Source of the DNA: Eledone cirrhosa
Taxonomy: Eukaryota
Direction: 5' to 3'
Assembly (NCBI GenBank): GCA_964016885.1
Contig: OZ024743.1
Coordinates: forward strand, 254,758,001-254,822,000
DNA: 64,000 nucleotides
The first letter of the stretch is position 1; every line of letters starts with the position of its first letter. The notes under the pieces are model-generated. The model saw only the letters and a program-made list of their open reading frames with translations, did not search any database and was not told the DNA's origin. The translations under genes were made by a program, and so were the position numbers. Shown in pieces: positions 41,133-55,520 of this stretch.

Positions 41133-41699
41133 TAGAGAGCAGTCACTCTGAATAGAATAGTTAGCAAGGATTGAAGGCAGCCCATGAAAGAGGGTGTTAA
41201 TTCTGATTAAAATGACTGTATTGGGGAAAACATGGACTCTAGAAGCCATAGGTAAGGCAATCTATCAAGGACAGCAGTAACTACAATTAAAAATGACTGC
41301 ATCAGGCAGATTTGGATTTCGTAAGCCAGAGTGAAAGCAACCCTAGGAAAGTAGACACTGTGAATAAAAACTGATATAGGGTGGCGAAGACACATGAGAC
41401 CAGTAACACCTTTCTAGTGCTAGTGGCATGACAAATGTACATAGTTCACGCTGTAAAGTTGTTGGTGGTAGGAAGGGCTTCCAGTCACAAAACACTTCAA
41501 ATTATGGAAAGCATAACACATACGATTTAGTTCAATTGTGTATGCTGGACTAAAACAAGACAGGTTAGAGCTGTTCAAGGTAGAGGGATGGTTAGTATCA
41601 CCATGTGTGAGAACCACTCACTCATCAAGCAATCTCACAACTTGTTTTTCTTCCAATTACAATGAACTGCTGCTCCAGGATCTAATCACTGTCAAGTAA

Positions 41700-42470
41700 C
41701 ACATCTCAGGGCTGCCACTCTCAATATGGGCAACCTAAAAGGTAAATCAGGAGAAATTGTGGAGTTGCTAGAGAGGAGACGTGAATGTATCCTGTGTACA
41801 AGAGGTGAGATGGAAGTATGTCTCAGTGTGACTACTCAAAGCAAACAACTTAAATACAAACTTTTCTGGGTAGGAAATGATGATGGGTTATGTGGTATAG
41901 GTATTCTACTAGCTGAGAAATATATAGATAAGGTGATAGAGGTAGTTAGAGTAAATGACAGAATTATCAAACTTAGAATCGCTATGGGAAATAGAATGGT
42001 GACAAATACATCTACATAGCGGGAGTGAGTAAAGAACAAAAGGACTGTTACTATGAGGATCTTTTACAGACAGCCTCAGTTACTAATGACAGAGACATTA
42101 TCGTTTTGGCGACTTCAGTGAATCTATCCTAATATGGTTCAATATGTACACTGGAGTTCATGGCAGATATGGTTATGGCTCAAGAAATGAAGAGCGGATG
42201 AGGCTCATGGAATGCTGTGATGCAAATGAACTAACCATTTGCAACACTCATTTCGGCAAAACAGACAGCCATCAGATCACATATTTATCAGGTGAACACA
42301 TAAGCTAAATTGATTTCTTACTTGTAAGACAAGATATACAGACAATAATAAATACTAAAACCTTTCCCAGAAAAGAATGTGCTGCCCAACACATGCTAGT
42401 TATTAGTGACATCGGAACAAACACAAGACGGAACAAGGAATGCAGGAAAATATGGAGATGGAAGCCTCAT
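41700..42470 (+). mobile_element. RTE LINE apurinic endonuclease (APE) domain fragment, decayed
   Basis: ATLNMGNLKGKSGEIVELLERR, KYKLFWVGNDDGLCGIGILL, RVNDRII, GYGSRNEE, ICNTHF, HQITYLSG, IDFLL and QHMLVISD match APE motifs. Confidence 0.88.
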
Positions 42471-42599
42471 AGCTCTTGAGAAGTTTTTCAGATTCCGGGA
42501 GTCAGCAAAGGGTGTAAAATTGATGGAAGACTCATGAGATGTGTTTCTTAACAGTGTCATTCAGAATCTTACAAATTAAAGTATAATTCTTAAGAACAG

Positions 42600-43270
42600 A
42601 TTTCAAGCTGATGATTTGTTCCTCCACCTCTAAGCTGTTGGCCTTCCTGAAGTTCCAACATGGTAGTGGCTTGAATTGTACTACAGGAATATCTATGCTG
42701 ATGTGTATCACAGCTTGTCTATGTCTGCTGTAGGGTAAATTATGTAGTATCTTTTGAGAAACATGAACAGGACGTCTATTGAAAGATTTGGAGAGGTAGC
42801 AGTGGTCTGGGTTGTAATGCTTCTTCCAGTGACTAGAATGGAGCGTGTCAGATTGTTTGGTCCATAAGGAAGATAGCTGTCACAGTCTGAAACCCATGCT
42901 TCCAACTGTTTCCCAGCCTTGTTGTCTGTAGCATAGCCCAAGGAGAGTGGTGGCTGTTGAAGTCACCAGCATGCAGCTATGTATGGGAGTGGACTTTCAA
43001 AGCAGGAGAAGGCTGAGTACTTCTCAGTGGCTTGTACCTGTTAGTGATGGTAAGAGCAGCTCTTTACATTACCAATATGTATTTCCTGTACTAATATGAC
43101 ATCAATGTTAAAGGTCTGTTGAAGTGATGACTCATAAGAATTATGATCAAAAGTATTTCGACAACAAATCAAGTTGATTGTACACATTGTGCATATATCA
43201 ATTAATGGCATTAGTTGGAATGAATTCTGTACTGGGTGGACCACATTAACGTTGCCATCTCCCACACCTA
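42600..43270 (-). mobile_element. Decayed APE endonuclease of a different LINE (Ingi/Vingi- or I-group-like)
   Basis: Minus strand reads IDVILVQEIH, GDFNSHHS, GYATDNKAGKQLEAW and IPVVQFKPLPCWNFRKAN. The clade assignment is from recalled motif similarity only. Confidence 0.7.
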
Positions 43271-43273
43271 TGC

Positions 43274-43313
<40 letters not shown>

Positions 43314-43407
43314 TGAAAGAACAGCCTTTCTTTTAGAGGCATGTTTTTAAAAACATAGCTATGCTTCAGTTTTAACTTTTTTGTTTCATTTTTATTATAT
43401 TATCTTA

Positions 43408-43535
43408 TAAGTTCTGAGTTCAAATCCTGCCGAGGTTAACTTTACCTTTCATCCTTACGGGGTCGATAAAATAAAGTACCAGTAATGCACTGAGTAATTG
43501 CTGGCCTTGTTCCAAAAGTAGAAACAATTATATTA
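43408..43535 (+). mobile_element. SINE family A, partial
   Basis: TTCTGAGTTCAAATCCTGCCGAGGTTAACTTTACCTTTCATCCTTACGGGGTCGATAAAATAAAGTACCAG. Confidence 0.85.
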
Positions 43536-44570
43536 TCTTATAAGTCCTTTGCCGCCTATTCAGAACAACAAATTTCACAATCCTACAATTTAAACATCTC
43601 TAGACTCTTATTTTCTCATGTTCAGGGATTTTGTTGGCCATTCTTTTTACTGCATCGTTATTATAGACACATGTATTCTATGAAATTTCACGCAGTTCTT
43701 TCTTACTTGATTTAGACCTACCTCATACTTCATACATTTAAGACATGGGTATTCTGGTTGTGGGATTAGAATTGTACTGCATATTTAAGGGTTTGGGGGT
43801 TGGATTTATGATCATAAACATATTGGTTCAATTTCTGATAGGACTGGTCTCCCTATCATTAAAACACCAGCGAAACCACTTATGAGATAGAACCTCATTG
43901 AACGCCAGCAAAACTTGTATAGGTGTGAGTTGTAAATTTCATTTTTTCTTAAGAGTAATTGTAAAAGGTATTAACATTTTTGGAGAAAATGCTAATGAAA
44001 GTTGCTTCTCAATATAACTGAATTGTCATATAATGTACTAATCATAGGAATTTTATTTGTAGTTTATTTTAATTCTGGAATAAAATAAAATTACACTCCT
44101 TGATTAAGCTCTCTTTTCCTTAAGGCTTTTTAATTTTTTTTTTTCATTTTACACTAGGTGGCTTTTGACTTTGAAGTAAATACAAAAAACGAAAAATAAT
44201 ATGTAAAACAAAAACATACCAAATAGTAAAAGATTTATTGAAATGGTTACTTGCTTATAAACTGCAATGTTCAAATTCTGAACAAAAAAAAAAAAAAGTT
44301 GTTATAATAAGGACAGCCTTATTTTAATTAATTATATTAAGTGTTAAACAGAATGTAGCATCAAGTAGCATGCTGCGAAAGTATATAATTTCTGGAAGGA
44401 TTTTTTAGGGTATTTGTTTAATTAGATTTCTCTGTGTTTAACTTCAAGATATTTTTAGAAGATAATAACGATTAGGTTAGTTTTTGTTGATTTAAAAAAA
44501 TAATATTCAATCATCATAATATTCTCATTGTAGATTTTGACTGTTTAACATTATTATTATCATCATTATT

Positions 44571-44768
44571 GGGGGATTGGTATTATCGGTAGAATGTCAG
44601 ACACCCTTTACATTCTGAGTTCAAATCGTGCTAAGGTTAGCTTTGCCTTTCATCCTTATGGGGTCGATAAAATAAAGTACCAGCAATGCAATGGGGTTAA
44701 TTTCATCGACTTTCCTCTCCCACAAAATTGTTGGCTCTGTGCCTAAATCAGAAACCATTATTATTATT
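44571..44768 (+). mobile_element. SINE family A
   Basis: CCCTTTACATTCTGAGTTCAAATC...GCCTTTCATCCTTATGGGGTCGATAAAATAAAGTACCAG...GTGCCTAAATCAGAAACC(ATT)n. Confidence 0.85.
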
Positions 44769-45499
44769 TTTTTTTTGTTTTGTATCGTGACACAGTGTCA
44801 TAAATAGCTCCATATGTTTGTTCTATATTTAACACTCATTACTGTTTAGTAGTTAAACTTATCAGTATCTTCTTGGACTGAATAGTTTATCCCTATTTGT
44901 AGCTCTTGGGGGGCTACAGGTAGAGATAATCATGCCCCTCAATTTTCTGTTAACATTAAGATACCAGACACAAATTTTGCATCCTCTAAAGAAAATGGCT
45001 TGCTGTTCATAGAGAGGAACAGCCAAAATTCAGAAACAATGACAACAGCATCCAAAACTTAAAATCTCATGCAACAACTGCAAATGAAATAGACTTTGCA
45101 CTTCAGCCAATGTCTATCACTTTGAACGCTGCAAACCCCACCACAATGAGAGTAAGCACTGCCAAAATAAACATCAATAACACTACCCGAACACTGCAAC
45201 AACTAAAAAAAAAAAACTAAAATAACACTAACACAGATGAAATGTTAAGAACATTACTGGAAATGACACATGCTTGGCTCAAGCAGCCAAACTGATAAAA
45301 TTGGAAAAGTCCTCAGCTGGCATAACTTTCCCCCATCCTCGTTTTGTTGGCAGAAATGCAGAAAAAATGGTTTCTTATAAATACATATCCTCAGACACAA
45401 AACTTCCTGAGCCAACAAAACAGGCAGATGTCGAAAGCGTACTGAAAGAACTAGTGTCCACCATGTATGCACTAGCTTCCATTTTTGATGATTATAAGA

Positions 45500-47010
45500 T
45501 TTCATGTCTCTGAGTCAGCCTGAAATGGGAGGTTGGTATCAGTGTGGTTTAGGAAAGGCTTGGATTTCAAGGTAAGGAAGATCTTTCTGGACCCAGATGG
45601 TAAGTTGGTGGTCCTTGACATGAGCAATAGCGAAGATGATGACTTTTTACTGGGGCTGGACAGCCAGATTTCTTCAGGAATCTGGAAGCCTTTGTAGACA
45701 CATCTCATTGTTTACTGTTAATGGGGGACTGGAATGGCATTTTGGACACATGCTGGGATTGTGCGGGAGTAGCAGATAGAAGCAGGGATGTAAAAGCCTC
45801 AAGAATCTTATCAGGCAGTTTTTATTTGATAGGTACCAACTAGATTTGCCAAATGCACTTGTGTGGGCCCGGACTAATCACATAGTGTTGACAATATCCT
45901 ATTTAGATAGGGTTTTCAATAGATTAGCAGATAGGGATAGCATAGTGTGTCCATAATTTCAACTGGTCACCTATTCAAACCGCAAATTTGGGTTTTGCTT
46001 TGTCGGCCTAGATAGATCACATTGACAGGGACCTGCTTACTCGAAGTTTAACACAGCATTCTTAGCATGTAAATTTGCACTTTAGTTAAGTAAACGTTCA
46101 CAAGGGAAGTTGTCAACGACATGTAGTAGGGAGTTCTCAAGAAAGCAAATCCATGTCATTCAACAGCGTTGTTGGACACTTGATGAATGGACTGCCAAAG
46201 CTGTTTGAAGTCTGGCTTGGATCAAAATTCCGGATGGATATGAACTGGGATAAGGTATCAATAAGGTTTGCCACTTTCACCCAGAAATGGGCCAGAAGGA
46301 AGTTATCCCTGAAATGGCAGGCAGAAGTGGCAAATGTGTACATTGCACCCTTCATCTATTAGAGCCTTGCCCCCTATCCATGCCAGACCAAATTGGAAAG
46401 CTTGCTCTTCAATTTCTTGTGGAAGGGATAGGTTTCATTGGTGAGGTGGTCTATCTGCTACCAGCATGCTCTACATGGGAGGCTGGGCATGCCATGGATG
46501 ATGCTGTGCAAACATGCACTGAGGCTACAGCATCTCCAGATATGCCTAAATGGTGAAGAAGTGGGTTCGCTGTTTGTCAGACAAATCTTTCTGCAGCTCT
46601 TCTCTTTGACCGTGCTGAAATCATGGGTCAAGCAAAGAGCAAGATTGGGTTCCTGGCATCTGAAATGTTGTCAGGTGCTCACAGCCCTCTCCCAGGTAGG
46701 CAATGCAGTCTGTGGAAATTCCACTCTAGTGAGCTATAGAGGACTAGTGGTAGGTAAGTGCAAGGATGTTCTTGGAGAGGCTCTGGGCATCAACAAAATC
46801 AAACTCACCAGTCTCTTCCAGAGAGCTTTTAACCCAGGGACTATAGATAATTTCCTGAAATTCTTGGCTTGACAGTGCTATCAGGGTCACTGCTTATGTG
46901 ACAAAAATTCTACAGGCATGTATGTGCTGTCAGACATACTATTCCAAGATGCGCACAAGGTGACAAAACCATTGTGCATGCATTCATCCAGTGTCTGTGT
47001 ATAGCAAGGA
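45500..47010 (+). mobile_element. Decayed Tx1/L1-clade LINE ORF2 (APE remnant plus C-terminal region; RT core missing)
   Basis: APE part: DPDGKLVVLD, LMGDWNGILD, SYLDRV. Later: KWARRKLSLKWQAEVANVYI, FNFLWKG, LGMPW, and a C-terminal CCHC-like remnant PRCAQGDKTIVHAFIQC. Confidence 0.8.
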
Positions 47011-47643
47011 TGGCCTGATATATTTTATTGTGATACAAGCATCACAACTTTACAGCATAGACTGTGTGCATTTTATAATGGCACCATTACTACAATTGTA
47101 TTGCATGGACTAAATACATTTTATTGTGGCACCAACGCAAACACTTCAAGAGTAAACATTTAACACTTTTGATATGAATCTATATGAAAATTCCCCTGCT
47201 TTTACAAAACAAAATATTCATCTAAAATGTTTCCATTATAATTTTATGTAAGAACATATGTTAAATTATGTTACAAATACCAGTTTAATAATAATAATAA
47301 AGTTAGATAAATGAATCCATGTTCTTAATGGTTGCCAAAAGGATTTAAAAAGCATAAGCATTATCTTTCATTAGAAATATATTAATGAAGGGATAAAAGC
47401 ATAGGACCCATTTATTTGTATACTTCCTCAGTGATATAACAAAAAACAACCACTATGAGATAAGAAAATAAATCATATATTAATTTTAACATATCAATAT
47501 ATAGGTATTTTAATGTCTAGGTTCTTGGTTTATGAACAAACTATCTTAAATGATGGAATAAATGTGTGAGTTTCCTTAAATGTTATGGAGGTGTTTCTTT
47601 ACAAATATCAAGAAAGACAGATGTTTTACAACTCACTCTGTCA

Positions 47644-47743
<100 letters not shown>

Positions 47744-47909
47744 CCTGAATGTATAGTTGTAATCACCAAAGAAAGAGCCCTCGATAAGTAATCATAGAGG
47801 TAAAGGCTGAAGATCAAAGTAAATCAACTTACTTTGGGAAACTCAGAGTACCTAAGAGGGTATACACCAGCACCAGTTTGTTATGTATTTCGTTCAATAT
47901 ATATATGCC

Positions 47910-48393
47910 CCTCTACTTAGCTTTTGTTGACCTTGAGAAAGCCTTTGACAGAGTCCCGCGCACCTTAATCTGGTGGGCTCTTAGATAACTAGAAGTGGAA
48001 GAATGGCTTGTGAGACCTATACAAGCCATGTATAGAGGAACAGTCAGCAAGGCTAGAATTAACAATGAATATAGTAGGGGTTCAACAAGGCTCCATCATT
48101 AGCCCACTCCTGTTTATTATTGTCCTACAGACTATAACAGAAGAGTTTAAGACTGGCTTAATGGGAACTTCTATATGCAGATGATCTAACTCTCATAGCT
48201 GAATCCATGGCTGAACTAGAGAGGAAGTTCCAAACATGGAAGCATGGCTTAGAATAAAAAGGCCTTAGAGTCAACTTGTCTAAGACTAAAGTTCTAGTAT
48301 GTAGAAAGGAGAATAGGGCACAGGTGCCCTCAGGGAAATGGCCATGCTTAATGTGTAAGAAAGGAGTAGGTAGAAATTCCATTCTATGTCCCA
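47910..48393 (+). mobile_element. RTE LINE reverse transcriptase internal fragment
   Basis: LAFVDLEKAFDRVPR, QAMYRGTVSKARINNEYS, QGSIISPLLFII, WELLYADDL, WPCLMCKKGVGRNSILCPK. Closely similar to 34080-34466, with in-frame stops. Confidence 0.93.
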
Positions 48394-48841
48394 AAAGGGT
48401 GAAAGCAGCGATTCTTTGCTTAAACTTTAATCTGTTATTTAAAAAAATATTTGCTCTACAGTTCTTATATATTTGATATATATTTATCCTTATCGAGCCC
48501 TCTTTGGATTTTAGTCTTCAAATTTATTATTATTACTATATATATGTGTATACAGAGAAAGAGAGAGAAGGTATTTGAGATGAAAGCAGATGTGTCATCT
48601 AACAACAACTCCTTATAAAATATTACAGCAATATCATTCATCCTTAGATGGTTGCCTTAAAACAATATGTTCATTTAATTTCTCCTTTGATACAGTGAAA
48701 TATTACAAATTTTCACCAAATAGAAACATATAATCATGAAACTGTAAATATACAGAATATGTGAATTACCTCTTAACCCCGCTGCTTATATACACACACA
48801 CATTCATATGTATGTAAATATGCATATATGTCTACATATGC

Positions 48842-48873
<32 letters not shown>

Positions 48874-48874
48874 A

Positions 48875-51800
48875 AGTAGAAATCCTCACAAAATTATTCC
48901 CCCTAATGGGAAAATTGGACAAATTTTATAAACTCAGAAAAATAACAAGAAAAGACGAAGACAGCCAAATCAACCATAACATAGAACCATTGTAAACACA
49001 TAGAAACAATCGTTCAAAGAAGGCAATTGGAAGAAACCCATCACTATAGAATCATTCGAAAATGTCCCCATAGATATTCCCCTTATAAAAAAAATATATA
49101 GGCAACATATGGAATAAGAACCTCAACCTCAGAAAATACACATTCCACATAAACAAAAATGCAAGGACAAAGTGAAATCGAAATCTGATAAAAGTACAAT
49201 AGAGGGCAGTTGGAACACATTCATAAACAATGGAAACATGAATGTTAGAACGGGGAATTAATCTCAAGAAAAAAAGAATTTCATTACAAAGGTGGGAGAA
49301 GAACGAAAGCTGGTTCTCACTCTATGAAGAACAATTCAAAATAGATTACATCTCAGAAAACCCATTTCTTAAGAAAGTAAAAACCAACAACACGAAAAGC
49401 TACGTTGATACCATCCACACAACATAACTCCAATATCCAACCTATCAACAAAGACAATTCCTATATGAGCTAACCCTAGATAGAAACTTTGACAAAATGT
49501 TAACCAATGAATTTCTAAGACAAACACCACCATTGGAACACATAAATAGACTATCAAGGGGACACAACTTACCCCAAACCTAGATGTAGATAAATAATTC
49601 CAGACGAAACCAGAATCACCTAAAAATAAATTAATATGAAAAAAATATAATGACAGGACGACAAACAGAAATCCAAACTTCAGAGATTAACTGACCCCAT
49701 ATTATAGAATAATTTCAGACTGAACCAAAGTCAACACATAAGGAACAGGTACAGAGAACAGAATAGTATGTACAATATAGATATACACAATAATTGCACA
49801 ATATAGATATACACAATAATTACAACATAAAAAATACAGACAGTAGGAATAATATAGGGAAACGCTATCCTAACAAACATTTTTAGAGATAAACCAGAGA
49901 TACTGGGATACTGGACCAATCTCTCACAAAAAAAGTTAAAACCTATACAAATAGACGCTATAGGTAAAGGAATAAAATGTACGCACACTCCTCAAAAACT
50001 ATATATAACAGAAATTAAAGATGAAATTTCCGACTTTTGTAGAAGACTCAGAATAGCGAAACAAATTTTCGAAAAGATAGACACCGATGAATCACTAATT
50101 AGAAACAAAAAGGAATATCTACCCCAGAAAAGGTAAAAATGAAGCTCTTGATGAATATTGTAATTACATCTATAATTTTCCAGTTGAAAAACTTGAAAAA
50201 GCCACAAAGAAAGTCCAACTTTCCACACAACAATGGGAGCATTTAAATGATCTGAAACAGGACGAAAACATTATCTTAAAAGAATCCGACAAAGGAGGCG
50301 CTGTTGTCATTATATACTCTAAGCATTAAACGTACATGTGGCAAAGTATGCTACAGGACAATACTATGAAGAAGCCAAAGACTACAAACTCCATAAAGTT
50401 ATGAAACAACCCACTGATTTCCTACACCCATATCAAAACTGCCTAACTGCTAAAGAATTAGACTGTCTCACTAATTTTAGATGTAAAACGAATGGTTTGA
50501 CAAAAGTACATAAACATAAATTAATTAATGGGATCTGCAAAATGGCAAAGATTAATTGTGTTAATATACCGATAGCATCTGACTTAAAACTAAGAGCTAT
50601 TATAGAAGGTCCAATTTGTGAATGATGCCACTTAAGCAACTGTTTAGACATTTTATTGAAACCACTCCTCAAACACATTCGGAGTTTTATGCTACCTGAT
50701 TTAGATTTTCCCAACCATCTATCAGATAATATAAGCTAGAACACTTACACGGTCGCCGCTTCAATAAGAATTTCATCATAGACGGACTTCAATTCACATA
50801 AAAAAACAATTATTTCATGTTCGATGAAATAGCCTACCGACAGAAATTAGGGAACCCATAGGGACAACAGTTGCGCCTATATATGCCAAAGTAGTCATGG
50901 TATACCATATGTAAATATATTATTTGAAATAAAAATATTATTGGAATGATTTCGCCGATTACATAAAAGAGAACTCAGAGAGGTAATTGGATGACTGCTT
51001 CAAAAATACGGCGGGAGAATTTTGAAACAACTAAAGAAATTTCAAACCCTCATCAATGATATAAAAATAAAATTCGATTCAGTATGGATTTTAGCACTAC
51101 AATATTTCCATTTTTAGATATCCTAAAGAAGGTAAACTTTGCCTTTCATCCTTTCGATAAAAAAAAGTACCAGTCCGGTTCTGGAGTCGATTTTCCTCTA
51201 CAGAAAAAAATCGATTTGTTAAGAGCTGGAGATGGTTGGGCCCTACCAGGTTTAAATGTGCCCTAGACACGTCGTACGACGGTACCTCTATTACTCCACA
51301 AGGAGTTACGGGATCTTTATCCTTTTCTTTTTAAATAAAAATAAACTGAACATTACAAATTGATATATATTATAAGCCCACTTCTTTTTAAATCTTCTCA
51401 TCCATCACACACTCGTACCAACATCCGTTTAATTTAATCAACAATAGTATCCAAACCGCAAGTCAAATCAATATCCAGATGCTCCGAGAAACAAAACCAA
51501 AACAAGAAAAATAGCATACCATATATTTCGACATTCAATTCAAAGAACACAGAGATATGCATACACACACAATTAAACTTACCTATCCTACTAAATGACA
51601 AAAAAATAAAAAAAACATCCATCCATAAAAAGGAAAGGACAACCAAAATCACTAAAAAAGATACTAACGAATGCAAAAGAACCTGAAGAAGGAGCAATCG
51701 ATCTCACTGTGGAGTATGCAACTATCTGTTAGAAGGTAATGAATTTAATTTTCAAGACGATCCTATCTTTAAACTTAAAAATGACTTCTCTTGCAAATCG

Positions 51801-52600
51801 AAGAATCTAATATACATTATAACGTGTAAAGGCTGCCACGAACACTGTATTGGACAAACAGGAAATTCACTCTGTAGACGAATGACAGATTATCGTCAAC
51901 AAATCAGTACCCACACACCAGAAAGATCCTTCTAAGCCAACATATAGAGGAACGTGAAGGACGAATTCTGCCAAATTTAAATGTATTCCCATTCTACCAG
52001 TTTAGTAAAAATTTCACTCAGTAAAAAAAACTTATTAATAACAAAACATAATAAGAAAATATTTTTCTTGAGTAAATTCCAGTCGGAACTCAATTTCTTA
52101 CACACTTAAAACAAAAAATTATTTTAAAAAAACTTAAATTATGCCTCTTGAAATGAACCATATTCTCATTGATATAAGCAACAACGATACAATCAGTTGC
52201 ATTACTTGTGTTCAACAAGAACACAAGCGACCAAGCATGTTAGATAGACATAAAGAAAAAATATGTTTCGCAAGACTGTAACGAAACTCTTTTTGAAAAG
52301 TCTGTAAACACAACTGAAACCAATAAAAGTAAACAAAAATATATATAATAATCAACAAACTACTTGGCACATGAATACAGAAACCTTCTAAATAACTAAA
52401 AGTTCAGTCATTGTATTTTTCAAATTCTATTCCATATAACACGTGATTTGTAAAGAAACCCCAAAAGTTTTAATTTTTTCACTATATATTTTTTTTCTTC
52501 TCTGTTTACATATGGATGTCTATCAGTCTGTTAACATCTGAAGGCTGTTATTCAGCTATCTGTTAAAAAGATGGTAACGCGTTGTTACGGTCCTTGGTTT
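48875..52600 (+). mobile_element. Decayed AT-rich Penelope-like element (RT + GIY-YIG endonuclease)
   Basis: TNLSQKKL...GKGIKC.HTP...DFCRRLRI, LKESDKGGAVVI, LRAIIEGP, GTTVAPIYA, LDDCF, FPFLDIL and DIYYKPT, then GIY-YIG FSCKSKNLIYIITCKGCHEHCIGQTG. Many stops and frameshifts; outer boundaries uncertain. Confidence 0.88.
51124..51332 (+). mobile_element. 5'-truncated SINE (Deu/Nin-like domain, alternative 3' tail) nested in the Penelope RT
   Basis: AACTTTGCCTTTCATCCTTTCGATAAA...AGTACCAG interrupts the PLE between FPFLDIL and DIYYKPT. Its tail (CCAGGTTTAAATG...GTACCTCTA) matches 58720-58790. Confidence 0.75.
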
Positions 52601-53389
52601 AATAATTTAAAGTAGATATCTCTGCAAACATACCTCAATGACTGGCATAGGGTATCTAAAGCTACTGCACTGCATTGAAGGATCAACACTGCTATATGTC
52701 TAGCAATGTATAGGAGCATCTGTGTATATAAAACTGGTGCATTCAGGGTATTCTATGAGAAGGTGCTTGTTCAAAATCTGACCAGCACACTGATATATGC
52801 ACCCTCACTAATTGCCCGATTAATAATGTGGTATACAGTATCCCCTATAACAAATAGGGAGGCTCATACATTGTAAGCTCTGTCCAGAACTATATATAAA
52901 TATCAAAGAACACAATAATGATGATGATGAAGAGGATGCTGAAGTTAATGATGATTGCTTCCTTTCTTCTGTCAGAACATGGGCAAAAATGCCACATTTG
53001 AGATATTACAGCCACAATCGATACCGTTATGAGGGACATCAGAAATGTATGCATCAAAGAGGCTATTGTCATCAACAGAATTAAATGAATCACCTATAAC
53101 AGATATGAGTTACATGGTGACAACTCGCTATTATAACTACACTTGTCTTGCTTGTCACCTTTCTATTGACCAACTTCCACTACCAGCCTTTCCACCATCA
53201 CAACAAAGAACATCTCATGATAAGATGTCTCTTCAATTTTCTTCTCATTTGATAAAGAGTTTCTAAACCGAAATATAATTAAATATCCAGTAAAACTATT
53301 GTATTATTTTGGTCCTCTTACTTTACTCTAATTTCGTCATTGTGTTTACACTTTATAACACACCAGCTTTATCGAAACAATCATAACCA

Positions 53390-53434
<45 letters not shown>

Positions 53435-53934
53435 GCACACACACACACACACACATTCATGCACACGCACATACAAACACATCTATTGATTATTCATGGG
53501 TTAAAAGAATTATGAAAATAGATTTAACTAATTCCCCCTTAGGTGAATCATTTCACTAATTCACACATACTTGTTCACATGTAGGTGCCCATATACATGC
53601 ATACATTCACATATGCAGACATTTATCCATTTCCACACAGTCGTACACATTTATACAAACGTACACATACACATTCGTATACACGCACATGCATACACAA
53701 CTCACCAATTTTCATCATATATCAGTCACAATTATTGTTGTTACTACTATTAGAGTGGAGGAATCCTTCCTGAAAAGATAAATACAACATAATTCTAAAT
53801 CAATGCAACACAAAAGCAATTGAAGATGATAATGGTGATGATGATGATGATGATAATATTTTAAGAAAATGAATCAAATCCAGTAAGTTAGCTTGTGTAA
53901 TGAAAAAAGGTATTTTTAGATCAGAGATAAAGTA

Positions 53935-54390
<456 letters not shown>

Positions 54391-54496
54391 AAGAGCTCAG
54401 CCGTTGGGCCTTGACTCTTTCTAATAGTCACACTCGACTATCCAAAGTAACAAGCATTTTGTTGAAAACTGGTTTAATCAGTATATATATAGTTAC

Positions 54497-54497
<1 letters not shown>

Positions 54498-54567
<70 letters not shown>
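54498..54567. repeat. (CT)n microsatellite
   Basis: Directly visible. Confidence 0.98.
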
Positions 54568-54571
<4 letters not shown>

Positions 54572-55054
54572 CATGTATATATATCTATAAATATATATGC
54601 ATGTGTGTCTGTGTGATGTGTTGAAAGATAGAAGTTGGAATCTAGACCATTTTTTTGATAGCTTTATTTCTTCACTATTGGCCAAATGCATGTCTTTCAT
54701 GTAAAAATGTAAAAGTAGATGAAGAGATCTGACTATAAGGAGATGGTGTTGGTAGTTGTGGTGGCACTGGTGGTTGTAGGGATGCTGCAACTGATGGTAT
54801 TGGTTCTGGTGGTGGAGGTGTTGGTAGTTAGTTTTGCTATTGATTAGAATGTCAGTCAAGGTTATAAGAGATATGAATATGATGGCTAAATTAATGTTGA
54901 TTATGATTGTCAAACAAGAGAACCTTGGATTCCAAGATATTTCAAATCCCAGACAAGATTTGGGGAGGAATCCAGACTGGGAAAGAAGAGTGTACATTGT
55001 ATATATATATATTAAATAAAATAGCAGTTTTCCCGACTAAAGTGTGTATATTGT

Positions 55055-55520
55055 ATCATCATCATTGTTGTTACATCTGTTTTTCCACACTTGCATTGGG
55101 TGGACAGGTATTTCTCAGAACGGCATCTCACCACTCATCACTTTCATTCATCAACTCTTCTGTGAGTCTCAGCGATTTGAGGTCAGCTCTCACCACCTCT
55201 GCCCATGGTTTTCTTGGTCTACCTCTACTTTCTTTGTATTCCTTCCACTGGCATTTCCTGGCATTTATTCACCCAGCAATCATCATTCATGAGCATCATA
55301 TTCCATATTAATGCAGTCTTCTCTTCTGCACACCACCTCAGATTGCTTTTAAACCCTATTGTTTTTTCAGTTCATTCAAGTGCTGCCTTTCTCTCATGCT
55401 TACATTTCACATCCAACAAAGCATGGTTGCTTCATTTCTCTTCAGTTAATGTATGTCCTCCACAGTCACAGCTTATGTTTTACTACCATAAAGCATCACA
55501 CTTCGCATGCAGGCAACATA
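55055..55520 (-). mobile_element. Decayed RTE LINE 3' fragment with a short 3' UTR and GAT tail
   Basis: Minus strand shows EEKTALIWNMM (frameshifted RRLHWYG-like), RGRPRKPWAEVVRADL, and the end CCCAATGCAAGTGTGGAAAAACAGATGTAAC...ATGATGATG. Confidence 0.8.

Noticed and set aside
52630-52880. Possible LINE C-terminal zinc knuckle (minus strand, KHLLIEYP)
   Set aside because: Too short and degenerate to support.
54740-55000. Pro-rich/Gly-rich short frames
   Set aside because: Cryptic GGT-type simple sequence with no splice or homology evidence.
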